In this document: in pieces, positions 62,191 to 64,000 of the stretch
Layout: the number at the start of each line of letters is the position of its first letter
How positions within the stretch are numbered: position 1 is the stretch's first letter
Assembly (NCBI GenBank): GCA_963662275.1
Contig: OY759316.1
Location: forward strand, 3,776,001 to 3,840,000
Reading direction: 5' to 3'
Length of the DNA stretch: 64,000 nucleotides
Source of the DNA: Candidatus Cloacimonadales bacterium
Lineage (GTDB): Bacteria > Cloacimonadota > Cloacimonadia > Cloacimonadales > DAONDQ01
Notes under the pieces: model-generated
Told to the model about the DNA's origin: nothing
The model's input: the letters and a program-made list of their open reading frames with translations, nothing else
Databases searched by the model: none
Program-made: the position numbers and the translations under genes

Positions 62191-63579
62191 TTACCCATTG
62201 TTCAGAGCTAGGGACTCTGTTGTTAGCTGTTGAGAGATTTTTTTGTTCTTTTGTGTATTTCTGATTGATAGCTTCTTCAAGACTGCGATTAAAGCAAAAA
62301 TGAGCATGAGTTGGTAAAAATTATTGGTTTGCTTGAGAACCCACTCTAGAGTGGATTCCGTATAGATTGCCAGTAGACCTCCAATTAATCCTATCGAGAA
62401 GAACTGATAGTCTGTTTTTTTATACCTGAAATAATTCTGAATATTCATGAAATAGAAGTAGAAAAGGAAGCAGAAAAAGATGAATAGTGTGTGCCAACCG
62501 CATTCAGCTGCGATCATTAAATAGATGGTTTCCACCAAGCCATTTTTCTCATCAGGATCATCAGGATTCAGCATCTCAATATGATTGCTATACTGCCAGG
62601 GCGGATTGATCTTGATACCGAAATTATTCAACCCAATCCCCAAAGGTTTATCCTTCACCATTTTCAGGGCTGCAATAGCAAGTTCCTTACGCACATTTGT
62701 TGATTCTTCAGGAGCTGTTCGAAATCTCTCACTGATAGAATCCCAAGCCTGTACCAGGACAACGATACCTAAAATGAGCAAGAGAAACGTGACCCCCAGT
62801 TTTTTCATAGAGAAACCGCTGGAAAAGGATAGAATTAAAACGATACAGATAGACAACGCATACAGCACCATTCCTGCCCTGGATAGTGTTGATATCACAA
62901 CGACGGAGATCATGCCGAAGAGAATCAGCCACACAAAGAACTTAATGAATTTAACATTCTTTTTGTTCAAAAGATAGGAAAAGACCAAAGAACCGAGAAT
63001 GATTGAATACATAACCAGTGAGTTCTGATGCGGAAAGGGACCTGACGATTGAAACTTCCCCTGCACATACTTCTGTACCATCACCTGGTAGAAGATAAAG
63101 GCAATAATTGCAGCCACACCCCTCATAAAGTCATTGAATTGCTTATAATCGTTTACGTAATTATAGATAACAAAGAAGTAAACAAACATCCTCATCATCT
63201 TCCAAAGTTCAAAAAGTGAAAAGATGATGACACTTGAATTTACGATAGATAGGGCACTGAAGGCAAAATAGGCAAAGAAAATATATGATCCAGGCGGTAG
63301 GTGAATGGGGTATTTGTTTTTACGGTGCAGAACTAATAGTAAGATCACCGTTGTTGCAATATCAACCATTCCTATTTCAAAGCCTTTTGAAGTTAATCTG
63401 AAAGTTTCGCGTGATACAAAGTTGATATCCTGCATCTGGATGGTGAAAAACACCATCAAAAAGAAGATGACTTTCTCAACCATAGGGTTTTTAAGTGAAA
63501 GAAAATAACCTGAGGGAACTCCAATCAGTAGAACTGCAAAGAAAACGAAGTATTTAACATTGGATAGCAGGTCAGTCAT
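62191..63579 (-). CDS. O-antigen ligase / Wzy-like polymerase
   Basis: Multi-TM; GPFPHQN, TLSRAG, PLGIGLNNF, AAECG. Confidence 0.82.
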   Translation of the reverse strand: MTDLLSNVKYFVFFAVLLIGVPSGYFLSLKNPMVEKVIFFLMVFFTIQMQDINFVSRETFRLTSKGFEIGMVDIATTVILLLVLHRKNKYPIHLPPGSYIFFAYFAFSALSIVNSSVIIFSLFELWKMMRMFVYFFVIYNYVNDYKQFNDFMRGVAAIIAFIFYQVMVQKYVQGKFQSSGPFPHQNSLVMYSIILGSLVFSYLLNKKNVKFIKFFVWLILFGMISVVVISTLSRAGMVLYALSICIVLILSFSSGFSMKKLGVTFLLLILGIVVLVQAWDSISERFRTAPEESTNVRKELAIAALKMVKDKPLGIGLNNFGIKINPPWQYSNHIEMLNPDDPDEKNGLVETIYLMIAAECGWHTLFIFFCFLFYFYFMNIQNYFRYKKTDYQFFSIGLIGGLLAIYTESTLEWVLKQTNNFYQLMLIFALIAVLKKLSIRNTQKNKKISQQLTTESLALNNG

Positions 63580-63709
63580 GATAAAATCTTGAGCTTAACT
63601 ATCGCATGTCTGTTTGGCAACTCAGAGCTATAGGAATGAATTTGTGAAAAAAGAGAACCAGGCAAATAGGCTTTATTGATAGTTAAGTAACCTGGTACAA
63701 GATAAGACA

Positions 63710-64000
63710 TTAATTACCACCTGCTTTCTGGATCATATCATTAACGAACCATGCGGATTGAAATGCTTGGAGACTGGGTAGTGCCATAGTTACAACATCA
63801 TTCCATTTCGCTATTGGATTCTTGGGAACAAAGATAATATCATTTGGTTGTAAGGCGAAATCAAATTTTCTTGCATGCATGATAGCTCTGACATGTATTT
63901 TGTAGAGATGTGGACTGGAAAGACTACCCCTGATGACATATACGGTAGATATAGCAGTTGATTTAAATCCTTGAGCAAATGAGATGCTCTGCAACAGCGT
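63710..64000 (-). CDS. Polysaccharide export protein, C-terminal SLBB part (5' truncated by window)
   Basis: AQGFKSTA...VYVIRG...LQPNDIIFVPK; frame open to window end. Confidence 0.75.
   Translation of the reverse strand, partial: TLLQSISFAQGFKSTAISTVYVIRGSLSSPHLYKIHVRAIMHARKFDFALQPNDIIFVPKNPIAKWNDVVTMALPSLQAFQSAWFVNDMIQKAGGN

Noticed and set aside
258..63508. Numerous 60-180 aa ORFs antisense to or overlapping known genes, including 21883-22095, 52870-53268, 58271-58459 and 59664-60170
   Set aside because: Shadow frames of real genes or translations of repeat DNA, with no motifs or ribosome-binding sites.

Overview
Low-GC bacterial chromosomal segment; gene content and the C-terminal sorting-type domains are most consistent with Candidatus Cloacimonadota or a related FCB-group lineage (inference). 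Housekeeping blocks: rpoB-rpoC-rpsL-rpsG-fusA (no tuf; followed by a STAS/REC-HATPase pair, prmC, murA), groES-trxA with a CIRCE, polA, pdp, rpmF-plsX-fabH-fabD-fabG-acpP-fabF-rnc, ispG, panDC, tRNA-Arg(CCT), tmRNA, mgtA, and the end of a Wzx/Wzy polysaccharide locus. Mobile DNA: an IS1182-family element, a REP-associated tyrosine transposase (RAYT) with a regular six-unit REP array, and a class C group II intron inserted precisely into a REP-like repeat. The intergenic space holds many unrelated small repeat families. The most unusual signals are: (1) a module of phased 11-bp tandem-plus-inverted repeats and a shared 26-nt motif upstream of an uncharacterised 152-aa gene, recurring gene-less with a different repeat unit at 58.3 kb; (2) the RAYT array; (3) REP copies embedded in-frame in polA; (4) the REP-targeting intron; (5) a ~125-bp element with conserved ends and exchangeable interior; (6) a str-operon EF-G with degenerate domain IV tip loops; (7) a nested triplication in the beta-prime jaw.
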